45,622 bases of DNA from Patescibacteria group bacterium. GTDB taxonomy: Bacteria; Patescibacteriota; Patescibacteriia; Patescibacteriales; UBA12465. Position numbers and translations under genes: made by a program. The notes under the pieces were generated by a model. It had not been told where the DNA came from. It saw only the letters and a list, made by a program, of their open reading frames with translations, and made no database searches. The stretch covers positions 1-45,622 of the forward strand of contig JARRBY010000002.1 of the NCBI GenBank assembly GCA_029982795.1, written 5' to 3'. Below, in pieces: positions 1 through 9,029 of this stretch; the first letter of the stretch is position 1; the number at the start of each line of letters is the position of its first letter.

Positions 1-43
1 GTTGGGATTCAAACAATCTTTTCCTCTTTGCTTCGCAAACCAA

Positions 44-76
44 TAAAAAAATACACCCCAGTGGGTGTATTTTTTA
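44..76. terminator. Rho-independent, bidirectional-looking hairpin downstream of tRNA-Gln
   Basis: A-run 44-50, stem ATACACCC (51-58) pairing with GGGTGTAT (63-70), 4-nt loop, T-run 71-76. Confidence 0.7.
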
Positions 77-77
77 T

Positions 78-151
78 TGGCTCGGGGACTAGGATTCGAA
101 CCTAGATAGCCAGGACCAGAACCTGGAGTCCTACCATTAGACGATCCCCGA
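78..151 (-). tRNA. tRNA-Gln (anticodon CUG), CCA encoded
   Basis: Reverse complement folds as a cloverleaf. Acceptor TCGGGGA/TCCCCGA, D stem GTCT/GGAC, anticodon stem CCAGG/CCTGG with loop TTCTGGT, T arm CTAGG-TTCGAAT-CCTAG, discriminator G then CCA (78-80). Confidence 0.9.
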
Positions 152-184
152 ATAAGAAATAATATAATTATTTATTTATATTCT

Positions 185-1681
185 TTAGTTTCCCTCTTTT
201 TTTGGTTTAAGTAATGGAAATAAAGTTGTTTCCCGAACTGGTTTATCCATTAAAAAAGCAAAAAGCCTTTCCCCAAAACCAAAACCACAAGTAGGTGGTA
301 TACCATACTCTAACATTTCCACAAACTCCCAATCAGGCATCATTGCCTCCTTATCACCTCGATCAATTAATTCTTGTTGCAAGGCAAAACGATTTCTCTG
401 TTCTTGCGGGTCATTTAATTCAGAAAAACCATTACCCACTTCGCTTCCAGCAATAATAATTTGAAATCTCTCAGTTAACTCGGGATTATCAAGTTTTGCT
501 TTCGCCAGTGGTGAAACTAATTTAGGATGATTAATTAAAAAAGCCGGGCCGGCAATATTCTTACGACAATATTTCCATAAAGTATCCATTAATCTTTCTC
601 TATTATCACCTTCATATTTTACCTGTAATTCATTTAGTTTAGCCCTCATCTCATCTTCTCCGGCTTGTAAAACATCAATCCCAATTTGACGCAAAATTTC
701 TTCTCGATAATCTAATTTTGGCCAATCTCCAGCTAAATCATAGGAGAAACCCTTAGTTTTAAACTTTGTAGTAGCAAATGTTTTTTGTGCTATTTCTTGG
801 TATAATTCTTTGGCAATTTCCATCCCCACCTCATAATCAGCATAAGCAAGATAAAATTCAAGATTGGTAAATTCTTGTAAATGATCAGGACTTGAACCTT
901 CATTACGATAAACTCGACCAATTTCAAAAGTTTTCTCATACCCAGCCGCCATTAATCTCTTCTGCCATAATTCTCCAACTGATATTCGTAAATATACATC
1001 TAAATTATAATCATCATGAAAAGTTTTAAAAGGATTAGCCTCAGCTCCACCGGTAGTAGTTTCTAAAGTAGGAGTTTCTACTTCAAGAAAACCTTTTTTC
1101 TTCATAAATGCTCTTGTTACTTCCCAAAATTTCGCTTTTTTATAAAACATGTCACGTGTTTCTGGGTTTAACAATAAATCAAGATAACGTTTACGATATC
1201 TCTCCTCTTCATCTTTTAAACCATACCAAGCGTCAGGAATAGGACGCACAGCCTTAGTTAACAATTTCCATTCTTTTACCATTAAACTTTTTTCCCCTTT
1301 ATGTGTCACAAAGCATATTCCCTTCACTTGAATAAAATCACCATGATCTATTAACTTAACAAAGTCCTTATAACTATCCGCCTCTAATTCTTTTTTAGAC
1401 AAAGCAATTTGAATATTTCCACTTTCATCCTCTAAATTAGCGAAAGTAAGATTACCATGACTACGGATACTACGCAGACGACCAGCTACAAAAAATTCAG
1501 CCGCACTATCCTTTAAGGGCGTAAATTCTTGCAAGACTTTCCCAATTTCATAATCACGTTTAACCTTCGCCACATAAGGATTAATTCCCTTTTTAACCAG
1601 TTCTTGTAATTTTTTTAAACGTTCTTCTTTTTCACTAACCGAAGAAGTTGATGATATTTGGTTGTCGTTTATGGCCGTCAT
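185..1681 (-). CDS. lysS: Lysyl-tRNA synthetase, class II
   Basis: 498 aa, ATG start, TAA stop. N-terminal OB anticodon-binding region plus class II core motifs (FEIGRVYRNEG, GFGFGERL). Confidence 0.95.
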   Translation of the reverse strand: MTAINDNQISSTSSVSEKEERLKKLQELVKKGINPYVAKVKRDYEIGKVLQEFTPLKDSAAEFFVAGRLRSIRSHGNLTFANLEDESGNIQIALSKKELEADSYKDFVKLIDHGDFIQVKGICFVTHKGEKSLMVKEWKLLTKAVRPIPDAWYGLKDEEERYRKRYLDLLLNPETRDMFYKKAKFWEVTRAFMKKKGFLEVETPTLETTTGGAEANPFKTFHDDYNLDVYLRISVGELWQKRLMAAGYEKTFEIGRVYRNEGSSPDHLQEFTNLEFYLAYADYEVGMEIAKELYQEIAQKTFATTKFKTKGFSYDLAGDWPKLDYREEILRQIGIDVLQAGEDEMRAKLNELQVKYEGDNRERLMDTLWKYCRKNIAGPAFLINHPKLVSPLAKAKLDNPELTERFQIIIAGSEVGNGFSELNDPQEQRNRFALQQELIDRGDKEAMMPDWEFVEMLEYGIPPTCGFGFGERLFAFLMDKPVRETTLFPLLKPKKEGN

Positions 1682-1687
1682 ATAAAT

Positions 1688-2149
1688 TTATTCAATTTTT
1701 AATATTTTATAATTTACCACTCCTTTTGGTGTTTCTACTTCAACTTCATCTCCCTTTTTATGGTATAGAAAAGCAACCCCCAGTGGCGATTCATTGGAAA
1801 TTTTACCCGCCAAAGGATCAGCTTCGTTAAAACTTACTATAACAAAAGTTTTTTCTTTTCCCAAGCTTGATCTAACTGTTACCCGAGAACCCATTACTAC
1901 TTCGTTTTTAGAACCATTATTGGAAACAACGGTAACATTCTTTAAAATATTTGCCAGTTCTAATATTTTTCCCTCATTTAATGCTTGCGCATCTTTTGCT
2001 TCACTGTATTCAGCATTTTCACTTAGATCACCCAACTCCTTAGCTTTTTCAATTCTTTCCGCAATTTCCCTTCTTTTAACCGTACTCAATAAATTTAATT
2101 CATTTTTAATTTTATCATAACCTTCTTGAGAAATGATTTGTTCATTCAT
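1688..2149 (-). CDS. greA: Transcription elongation factor GreA
   Basis: 153 aa. Coiled-coil N-terminus (GDLSENAEYSEAKD) and C-terminal FKBP-like domain. Lies 6 nt upstream of lysS. Confidence 0.93.
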   Translation of the reverse strand: MNEQIISQEGYDKIKNELNLLSTVKRREIAERIEKAKELGDLSENAEYSEAKDAQALNEGKILELANILKNVTVVSNNGSKNEVVMGSRVTVRSSLGKEKTFVIVSFNEADPLAGKISNESPLGVAFLYHKKGDEVEVETPKGVVNYKILKIE

Positions 2150-2185
2150 AAGTTTATTTATTAACTTTTTAACAATTATTATGCT

Positions 2186-3661
2186 TTAATATACTTTATT
2201 TTTAAAAATAAGACAAGAGCTGGTGATAATAAAACCAATTCCTAAAGGGTGATTTAAATAAGGTGTAAAAAAGTGAGTTACTGCTAAAAATAGAAATGCT
2301 AAAACCATCCCCTCATAAAAATAATCATCATTTTTTAAAGCCGCTTTACCGGCCGAAAAGATTAATAAAAAGAGCAAAAAAAGATAAGCAAAAACTCCAA
2401 TAATTCCTAATTTAAGCCACATATCAAAATAACCCCACTCAAAAGCATAAGTAGTATAGAGTCCGCTTTCATTTTGCTCTACAATTCTTGGATCAGAAGA
2501 AATATAAGTTACTGTTGCCCCAAAACCTTGACCGGTTATTGGATTTTTTATAATTTCTTTAAACAAAGGTGGTAATAGTGACCAGCGAGAAGAAACTGCG
2601 GCTTCACTTTTATCATTCACCCGACTACTGATTTGCTCATCAAATTGTTCTTGCGCCTTAGAGGGAATTACCGCAAAAATAGCGACTACCGCTATAATGG
2701 TGCTTATTATTATAAATAAAATATTTCTTTTTAAAGCTACCAAATCTTTTCTTTTAATAATAAAAAATAAGCTTAAAATTAACGCCACTGCCAAACCCAC
2801 CCAAAAACTACGTGAAAGAGAAATTATAATGGTGCCCAAAAAAATACCACTTACTAATAAATACAACCATGATGATATTTTTTTATAAAAATCTCTTTTT
2901 AACATCACACGACTTTTAGCAAAAAAGAAAAGATAGGCAATGGCAACAAAATTTTGCGCTTGAATAAATACTCGATTCCAACCATTAAGTACTGTCATTT
3001 CTCCTACTAAAGTTTTGCGCAACCATTCATAAACTGTAGGGGCAATATAAAATTGATGAGAAAAGATAAAAAGCAAAGCAAAAGTTTTCAGTGCTACCGC
3101 CAAAGCTCCAAAAGTTATTATCAAACGATATTCACGTCGTGATAAACGAAAAGAAAGCAAAGGAATAAGCAAAAGAAAATATAACCAATTATTAAAATCT
3201 AAAAAGATATTAATAAAATTATTCTGATAAATAAAAGCTGAGATTATCCCTAAAATAATCGTTAAAGCTAAAAATAAATAGGGTTTAAAAAAATCAAAAT
3301 TTAATAAATTTTTCAAATACGGCGCCTCTTTTCCGTACTGCCAAAGTTGTTTGATAAAATGACCAAGAAAAACCAGCATAAAAAGTGACCAAATAACTAT
3401 TCGCCCGGGAATCAATTGTCCATTAGCAAGCGGAAAATAAAATAAATAACCCTTAGAACCAATTATTAATTCAAGCAAAACTACACTTAACGCTAATTTT
3501 GGTTTATAAATAGAAAGATACAAAACTAATAAAGCGCCCCCAATAAAAACTGACTTTAAAAATATTGGATTTAAAAAACCATAGAAAGAAATAATTTCGA
3601 TGGCAAAAAAAGCTAATAAAAAAATTAAAATTGTTTTTAATTGGGAATTTAATTTAAACAT
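2186..3661 (-). CDS. O-antigen ligase/polymerase-like (Wzy_C family) polytopic membrane protein
   Basis: 491 aa with about 12 hydrophobic segments, a large loop late in the protein, and an SRSFWVGLAVALIL-type segment typical of the Wzy/WaaL family. Confidence 0.7.
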   Translation of the reverse strand: MFKLNSQLKTILIFLLAFFAIEIISFYGFLNPIFLKSVFIGGALLVLYLSIYKPKLALSVVLLELIIGSKGYLFYFPLANGQLIPGRIVIWSLFMLVFLGHFIKQLWQYGKEAPYLKNLLNFDFFKPYLFLALTIILGIISAFIYQNNFINIFLDFNNWLYFLLLIPLLSFRLSRREYRLIITFGALAVALKTFALLFIFSHQFYIAPTVYEWLRKTLVGEMTVLNGWNRVFIQAQNFVAIAYLFFFAKSRVMLKRDFYKKISSWLYLLVSGIFLGTIIISLSRSFWVGLAVALILSLFFIIKRKDLVALKRNILFIIISTIIAVVAIFAVIPSKAQEQFDEQISSRVNDKSEAAVSSRWSLLPPLFKEIIKNPITGQGFGATVTYISSDPRIVEQNESGLYTTYAFEWGYFDMWLKLGIIGVFAYLFLLFLLIFSAGKAALKNDDYFYEGMVLAFLFLAVTHFFTPYLNHPLGIGFIITSSCLIFKNKVY

Positions 3662-3673
3662 GATTTATACTTT

Positions 3674-4201
3674 TTAATTATTTTTATTTATCAACTGAGA
3701 AAAAATGATTTCGTCGCCCTCACTAAGACCCAAACGATTAGCTTCACCCGCATTTAATTCTAAAACTAAATTAACCGGGCCATTACTGGAATATATGTGT
3801 TCCGGGGCACGTCCTTCTGGTGGTAAGTTATAATATATCTTATCTATTACGTTATCTTTAATAAAAATAATATCAAGCGGAAAATTCATCTCTCGCATAA
3901 CAAAAGACTTGGGACTAAAATCTGAAAAAATGAACAACATTCCACAATCCTGACATAAACTTGATCGGTTTGATAAGCCCTGATATTGCTTGAGCGGATT
4001 AGACGCTATTTCTAATTGAAAAGTTCTGCCCGCTTGTTCCCAATTAATAAATTCTGTTGATTCCGATTTTAATTTATCTCTTTGGATCAAAAAACCGGCA
4101 TAGATTAAAGTAACTGCTAACAAAAAAATGATAATTCCCAGTAAAATATAGTTTTCACGTTTATTACCACGTTTGTTCTGTGATTTAATTTTCCAAGCCA
4201 T
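3674..4201 (-). CDS. DUF192 (COG1430) family protein with N-terminal membrane anchor
   Basis: 175 aa with one N-terminal TM. The motif block MREMNFPLDIIFI...LELNAG matches my memory of DUF192. Its start overlaps the upstream GT2 gene by 17 nt. Confidence 0.6.
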   Translation of the reverse strand: MAWKIKSQNKRGNKRENYILLGIIIFLLAVTLIYAGFLIQRDKLKSESTEFINWEQAGRTFQLEIASNPLKQYQGLSNRSSLCQDCGMLFIFSDFSPKSFVMREMNFPLDIIFIKDNVIDKIYYNLPPEGRAPEHIYSSNGPVNLVLELNAGEANRLGLSEGDEIIFSQLINKNN

Positions 4202-4889
4202 ATTTTTGTTTAATTATTTTCATCGCGGCTTTATACTCTTTAACTGCTTTCAAAAAAGGGAAAAAACGATAGGCGAAAGCCGGTAACCAAGAACTCATTG
4301 TCCCCCCGGTTTTTATACTAAATAATACTTGTGGTATCCATATTCCGATATGTCCCGCCTGCAACATTGCTAACCACAAATCCCAATCTTGAAATTTTTT
4401 TAAACTTTCATCCCAACCGGTAACCGGAAAATGCTGACGCCTTATTAATGATAATGAATGAATATAAGGCATTTTTTTTAAACGTTCCGGATTAAATTCA
4501 TCTAACTTAAATAACTTCTTCCCCCAATTAAAAGAAGAATAGGCATAGCTTGCCTCAGGATTATCTTCAAGAGTTTTATACATTACAGCTAAAGCTTGAG
4601 GGGTTAAAACAGCATCAGCATCACAAAATAAAACAAAGTCTCCTTTAGATTTTTTAAAACCGTAATTACGCGCTGCCGGGGCCCCACGATTGGCTTGATT
4701 ATAAAAATAATAAGCATGTGAACTATTTATTTTTTTTAAATAATTAGCCACTACTTTTTCCGAATCATCAGTTGAACCATCATTTACAATAATAACTTCA
4801 AAATCCTGATAACTCTGTCTTTCCAAACTTTGCAAAGTATCAATGATGGTTTTTTCTCCATTGTATAAAGGAATAATAACAGAAATCAT
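4185..4889 (-). CDS. Glycosyltransferase family 2
   Basis: 234 aa. N-terminal SVIIPLYNGE...VIIVNDGSTD and a DAD (DxD) motif. Confidence 0.88.
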   Translation of the reverse strand: MISVIIPLYNGEKTIIDTLQSLERQSYQDFEVIIVNDGSTDDSEKVVANYLKKINSSHAYYFYNQANRGAPAARNYGFKKSKGDFVLFCDADAVLTPQALAVMYKTLEDNPEASYAYSSFNWGKKLFKLDEFNPERLKKMPYIHSLSLIRRQHFPVTGWDESLKKFQDWDLWLAMLQAGHIGIWIPQVLFSIKTGGTMSSWLPAFAYRFFPFLKAVKEYKAAMKIIKQKYGLEN

Positions 4890-4893
4890 AATC

Positions 4894-5985
4894 TTAATTA
4901 TTTATTAAATCTTTAAATTCTTGTGCTTTTTTCTCCCAGGAAAAATTATTTAAAGCCCGTTTTCTCCCCTGTTCACCCAACCTAAGTCGCAATTCCTGAT
5001 CCTGAGCTAAAGTCATTATCGCCTTTTCTATCGCTCCTACATTTTCCGGATTAACCAGTAGCCCTGTTTCATTATGAATTACGGCATCACGCACTCCACC
5101 AGAAATACCAGCAATAACAGGCTTACCAGCTAAATTTGCTTCTAAATATACTATGCCAAAACCTTCAAAATCATTTTCAATTTCTCGCGCAGGCATTATA
5201 AAAATATCACTAAATTGCAATAATTGCCATTTATCATTATCATCAATCGCACCAAGAAAAATAACCTTATTTTCCAAATGATTTTGCTTTACTAAAGCTC
5301 TAAGATACGCCTCATCTTCACCGCTACCGGCAATTAAATATTTTATATTTTTTAATTCCTGCCGTGCTAAAGCTTCTATTACTTTATCAAAGCCCTTACG
5401 ACGAACCAGTCTGCCTAAACTGAATAAAATTATATCATTTTTTTTAAGCTGATAATATAATCTTAAATCCGCTCTTTTCGCCGGCGTTAACGGAGGAATT
5501 TCAACCGCCTCTATCCCGGGATTTTGAATACTAATTTTAGTTTTAAGGTTTTTGGCAAACTCTGTTACCAAATAAGCAAGCTGCGAATTAGCACATATTA
5601 TTTTATCAGCTTTTTTCAAAATTAAACGGGTTATAATTCTTTTTCGTCTTGTCTTTATGGCTGCCGTAAAATCCAAGCCATGTAAAATAACTCCGTATTT
5701 AAAGGGATTAAACCAAGTAGCAAGATAAGCCGCTGTTCCTAGGGGTAATATATGACCCACCAACAAATAGGAAAAAGCTTTTTCTTTTTTCTTTTTTCTT
5801 AACAATCTAACTGTTTTAAACCAAGGAATAAGAGAATTACCCGAACATAACCGTCCCTTGTTATTGGAAATAACATCAAGGGTAGCTCCTTGCTCTTGGG
5901 GCCAATACTTTGCCAAAAACCCATAATAATTAGCTACCCCACCCTTAAAAGGAGGATATTCTAAAGTAATAAGTAAAATCTTCAT
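4894..5985 (-). CDS. Glycosyltransferase family 4 (GT-B, Pfam Glycos_transf_1)
   Basis: 363 aa. C-terminal EGFGIVYLEANLAGKPVIA E-x7-E type motif. ATGA overlap with the upstream flippase gene. Confidence 0.88.
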   Translation of the reverse strand: MKILLITLEYPPFKGGVANYYGFLAKYWPQEQGATLDVISNNKGRLCSGNSLIPWFKTVRLLRKKKKEKAFSYLLVGHILPLGTAAYLATWFNPFKYGVILHGLDFTAAIKTRRKRIITRLILKKADKIICANSQLAYLVTEFAKNLKTKISIQNPGIEAVEIPPLTPAKRADLRLYYQLKKNDIILFSLGRLVRRKGFDKVIEALARQELKNIKYLIAGSGEDEAYLRALVKQNHLENKVIFLGAIDDNDKWQLLQFSDIFIMPAREIENDFEGFGIVYLEANLAGKPVIAGISGGVRDAVIHNETGLLVNPENVGAIEKAIMTLAQDQELRLRLGEQGRKRALNNFSWEKKAQEFKDLINN

Positions 5986-7415
5986 AAATGCAAAGATTTA
6001 AGTACACTTTTTATATCAACAATCGCTATTCCTTTAACCAAATACAACAGCACGAAGTAAATAACGGCACTTAAAGGAATAATAAACCAAAGTGATAAAA
6101 TATTAGTGCTAAATATTATAAAAACCCCCATAAAAAAAGTTGCCACTAACACTTTAGCAAAAATAAGTAAATTGTCTTTAAAATTATACTTCATTATTTT
6201 AGGTACCACCGCTAAACCTAAAACAAACATTAAAATATTACTCAATAAGACAGAAATACTCGCCCCCACCACTTGCCAGCGAGGGATTAAAAACAAATTA
6301 AGAACAAGGCTAAATAAAGCGGCGATAATCATGTTCATTGTATTGCGTTTTGGTCTATCGCAAGCATTAAGTAAAGATCCAATCGGAAAATTTAAGAAAA
6401 TAAAGAAAAGAGCAAAAATACTTATTCTAAGTGGTAAAACCGCTCCCTCATAACCATCCTTAAATATCATAATTATCTTATCAGCTAAAAGAAAGGTGCC
6501 AATGATAATCGGCCAAGAAATAATGGTTAAATAATTAAAAGCGCGTTTAAAAGTTATCGCTAACTGTTCCCTATTACTCTGCCAATAAGTAGAAAGAGCG
6601 GGATAAAGTGAAGCTGTAAAGGCAAGGGGAATAAATTGCAAAGCAAAAATTATTTTAAAAGCAATTTGATAAAGTCCAACAGCTTCATCACCGGCTAAAA
6701 AGGAAAGTAAGACACTATCAAGATAGGTATAAAGTCTTTGAAAAACCGCATAAAGCGTAAAGGGCCAGGAAATTAAAATAATATTTTTCAACAGTGCTTT
6801 ATCATACACCAATTTAATGGGGATACCAATTTTAAACTTTGCTACCCAAAAAGAATAACTAAAATTAAAAAAACTGGCAAACGCTAAAGCGGCCATTGCT
6901 AAAACTAAACTGCCACTTAAACGTAGAGCACCATAACCAAAAACCAAAACAATAAGTTGAAAAATAATAGCCGCCATACTCTCGTATTTAAGGTTATGAA
7001 ATCCGCGAGTGGCCGCATAAAAAGTGGCGGTAAAAGAATCAAGAACCATGGAAAAAGTGGAAATATAAACTAAAAGTTTAACCATCGTGTCATTACTACT
7101 AAGATTTATTGTTACCACCACTCCCGCTACCGCCAGTAAAGTAAGTGGAATTTTTAAAGTTAAAATGCTACCAATTAATCTTTCTGCTTTATTTTGCGCC
7201 TTTGCCACTTCACGAATTAAAACATTTGCCAAACCTAAATCAATAATAATGGCGAAAATAGTTGTAAAAGAAATGGCAAAATAATACTTTCCCAATGATT
7301 CAGGGCCAAGAAAACGTGCCAAAAGGGTAAAATAAAAAAAGGAAATAATCTTTTGGATCATTAACGCAATTGTCAAATATGAAGTATTTTTCGCTATATT
7401 ATTGATTTTTACCAT
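5982..7415 (-). CDS. Wzx-type polysaccharide flippase (MOP superfamily)
   Basis: About 14 TM segments with polysaccharide-biosynthesis-protein architecture. The track start at 7433 is TTG. I prefer the ATG at 7415 (MVKINN...), which also fits the predicted promoter and TSS. Confidence 0.8.
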   Translation of the reverse strand: MVKINNIAKNTSYLTIALMIQKIISFFYFTLLARFLGPESLGKYYFAISFTTIFAIIIDLGLANVLIREVAKAQNKAERLIGSILTLKIPLTLLAVAGVVVTINLSSNDTMVKLLVYISTFSMVLDSFTATFYAATRGFHNLKYESMAAIIFQLIVLVFGYGALRLSGSLVLAMAALAFASFFNFSYSFWVAKFKIGIPIKLVYDKALLKNIILISWPFTLYAVFQRLYTYLDSVLLSFLAGDEAVGLYQIAFKIIFALQFIPLAFTASLYPALSTYWQSNREQLAITFKRAFNYLTIISWPIIIGTFLLADKIIMIFKDGYEGAVLPLRISIFALFFIFLNFPIGSLLNACDRPKRNTMNMIIAALFSLVLNLFLIPRWQVVGASISVLLSNILMFVLGLAVVPKIMKYNFKDNLLIFAKVLVATFFMGVFIIFSTNILSLWFIIPLSAVIYFVLLYLVKGIAIVDIKSVLKSLHL

Positions 7416-7437
7416 AAAAACAACAAAAGGCAATTTA

Positions 7438-7466
7438 ATTATAGCAACTATTGCCTAAATTTTAAA
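7438..7466 (-). promoter_or_regulatory. Predicted sigma70-type promoter for the flippase/GT operon
   Basis: On the minus strand: TTTAAA (7461-7466), 17 nt spacer, extended -10 TGCTATAAT (7438-7446). About 15-nt leader to the ATG at 7415. Confidence 0.4.
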
Positions 7467-7479
7467 GTTATGCTAGCAT
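7451..7479 (+). promoter_or_regulatory. Predicted promoter for rpmE-prfA-prmC
   Basis: TTGCCT (7451-7456), 17 nt spacer ending in TGC, then TAGCAT (7474-7479). In AT-rich DNA a chance match is possible. Confidence 0.3.
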
Positions 7480-7553
7480 AATAATAACACAAAAAACAAA
7501 AAATAACGAATTAAGAAAATTTTATTAAATTGTGATAAATTTTTTTTATTTAT

Positions 7554-7883
7554 ATGAAAAAAGACATTCATCCTCAATATTATACCGATTGTAAAGTCAG
7601 CTGCGTTTGTGGCAACACCTTTATAACCGGATCAACTGAAAAAGAAATCAAAGTTGAACTTTGCTCACTTTGTCATCCTTTTTATACCGGCAAACAAAAA
7701 TTAGTTGACAGCGCTCATCGTGTTGAAAAATTTGCCGCTAAAGTAAAGGCTAAAGAAAAAAATAAAACTGTTGGTAAAAAAGTAAAGCGAGCTAAACGAG
7801 CAGAAGAAAGAGCAAAAAAAGAAGTTGTTGTTAAAACCAAAGATATTAAACGTATCGCTCAAGTAAAATTCAACAAAAAATAA
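7554..7883 (+). CDS. rpmE: 50S ribosomal protein L31 (Zn-ribbon type) with Lys-rich C-terminal extension
   Basis: [10 protein letters not shown]..., a CxC...CxxC cysteine set and HPFYTGKQK. 109 aa versus about 70 aa as typical. Confidence 0.92.
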   Translation: MKKDIHPQYYTDCKVSCVCGNTFITGSTEKEIKVELCSLCHPFYTGKQKLVDSAHRVEKFAAKVKAKEKNKTVGKKVKRAKRAEERAKKEVVVKTKDIKRIAQVKFNKK

Positions 7884-7893
7884 GAAAATTTAG

Positions 7894-7960
7894 AAAAACA
7901 ACCAATTATTTAATTATTTGGCAATTTTTGTTAAAATAATTACAGACTGGTTGTTTTTTT
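7894..7960 (+). terminator. Long composite hairpin plus T-run between rpmE and prfA (terminator or attenuator)
   Basis: Outer stem AAAAACAACCA (7894-7904) pairs with TGGTTGTTTTT (7948-7958). Inner stem AATTATTT (7912-7919) pairs with AAATAATT (7934-7941). A T-run follows to 7960. Confidence 0.5.
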
Positions 7961-7970
7961 ATTTACTACT

Positions 7971-9029
7971 ATGTACGACAAAATAAAAGAAAAATTTGCC
8001 CAAATAGAATCTGATTTATCTAATCCTTCAATTATAAGCGATCAGGATAAAATGATAAAACTATCACAAGAACACGCTGCCTTAAAAAAGACGGTTGATT
8101 TGATTTTGGATTTAGAACAAACTGAAAAAAGAATAAATGAAAATCAAGAAATTATACAAACAGAAAATGATGAAGCGATGAAAGCTTTGGCAGCGGAAGA
8201 ATTGAATGATTTAACAAAAAAAGCAGAATTATTAAAAGAAACAATTCTTGAAGAATTAAACCCACAAAATCCAAATGATAAAAAAAATGCCATTATTGAA
8301 ATTCGAGCCGGTGCGGGTGGTGACGAAGCAGCCCTTTTTGCCGGTGATCTTTTTCGCCTCTACTCACGCTATTGTGAAAAAAAAGGCTGGAAACTAGAAC
8401 TAATAAATGCCAGTAATATCGGAATTGGTGGTTATAAAGAAATTATTTTTACCGTTAAAGGAGTGGGTGCTTATGGTTTATTAAAGTTTGAAGCCGGAAC
8501 ACATCGTGTTCAACGTATACCAGAAACAGAAAAACAAGGTCGGGTTCACACTTCAACCGCAACAGTCGTCGTTTTGCCGGAAGCAGAAGAGGTTGATATT
8601 GAAATTAAACCCTCAGATATTAGAATTGACACTTTTTGTTCTAGCGGTCCCGGCGGACAAAGTGTAAATACTACCTATTCCGCTGTTCGCATCACTCATT
8701 TACCAACCGGCTTAATAGTAAGTTGTCAGGACCAAAAATCACAACATCAAAATCGAGAAAAAGCACTTCAAGTTTTAAGATCGCGACTACTTGCTAAAAA
8801 AGAGGAAGAAAAATTGGAAAAAGAATCAAACACTCGTAAAAATCAAATTGGCACTGGTGACAGATCAGATAAAATTAGAACCTATAACTTTCCTCAAGAT
8901 AGAGTTACCGATCACCGCATTAATCAATCATGGCATAATATAGCCGGTTTAATGGAAGGAAATCTTGATGATATAGTTTTAGCTTTAAAACAAGCTTCCC
9001 GCCAAAACCAAGAAAAAAATGACGCTTAA
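7971..9029 (+). CDS. prfA: Peptide chain release factor 1
   Basis: 352 aa. GGQ motif ([11 protein letters not shown]) and an RF1-type PxT tripeptide (QRIPETE). Confidence 0.95.
   Translation: MYDKIKEKFAQIESDLSNPSIISDQDKMIKLSQEHAALKKTVDLILDLEQTEKRINENQEIIQTENDEAMKALAAEELNDLTKKAELLKETILEELNPQNPNDKKNAIIEIRAGAGGDEAALFAGDLFRLYSRYCEKKGWKLELINASNIGIGGYKEIIFTVKGVGAYGLLKFEAGTHRVQRIPETEKQGRVHTSTATVVVLPEAEEVDIEIKPSDIRIDTFCSSGPGGQSVNTTYSAVRITHLPTGLIVSCQDQKSQHQNREKALQVLRSRLLAKKEEEKLEKESNTRKNQIGTGDRSDKIRTYNFPQDRVTDHRINQSWHNIAGLMEGNLDDIVLALKQASRQNQEKNDA

Noticed and set aside
1-46. Possible 3' tail of a plus-strand CDS (frame 2 open from the edge to TAA at 44-46) or a tRNA-like GGGATTCAAAC fragment
   Set aside because: Only 14 codons are visible, so it cannot be identified. 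The GATTCAAAC stretch does not give a valid T-arm on either strand. Its one support is that the terminator at 44-76 would suit a plus-strand gene ending here.
1794-2120. 108-aa plus-strand ORF, with 1648..1830 alongside it, antisense to greA/lysS
   Set aside because: It lies entirely inside well-supported minus-strand genes. The composition (L/S/F-rich) is typical of a shadow frame of an AT-rich gene, and it has no independent signals.
6106-6453. 115-aa plus-strand ORF antisense to the flippase. Similar antisense ORFs lie at 2697..2888, 7087..7284, 21873..22112, 25143..25367, 27239..27436, 35312..35527, 38362..38559, 40571..40762 and 42164..42349.
   Set aside because: All are nested antisense to strong CDSs, are low-complexity and show no promoter or terminator context. 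I treat them as shadow ORFs.
7416-7433. TTG-initiated N-terminal extensions in the ORF track (wzx 7433, ricT 31978, tsf 32774, alkD-like 34403)
   Set aside because: In each case an ATG 2-8 codons downstream gives the conserved N-terminus and removes an unlikely overlap with the upstream gene or promoter, so I used the shorter models.
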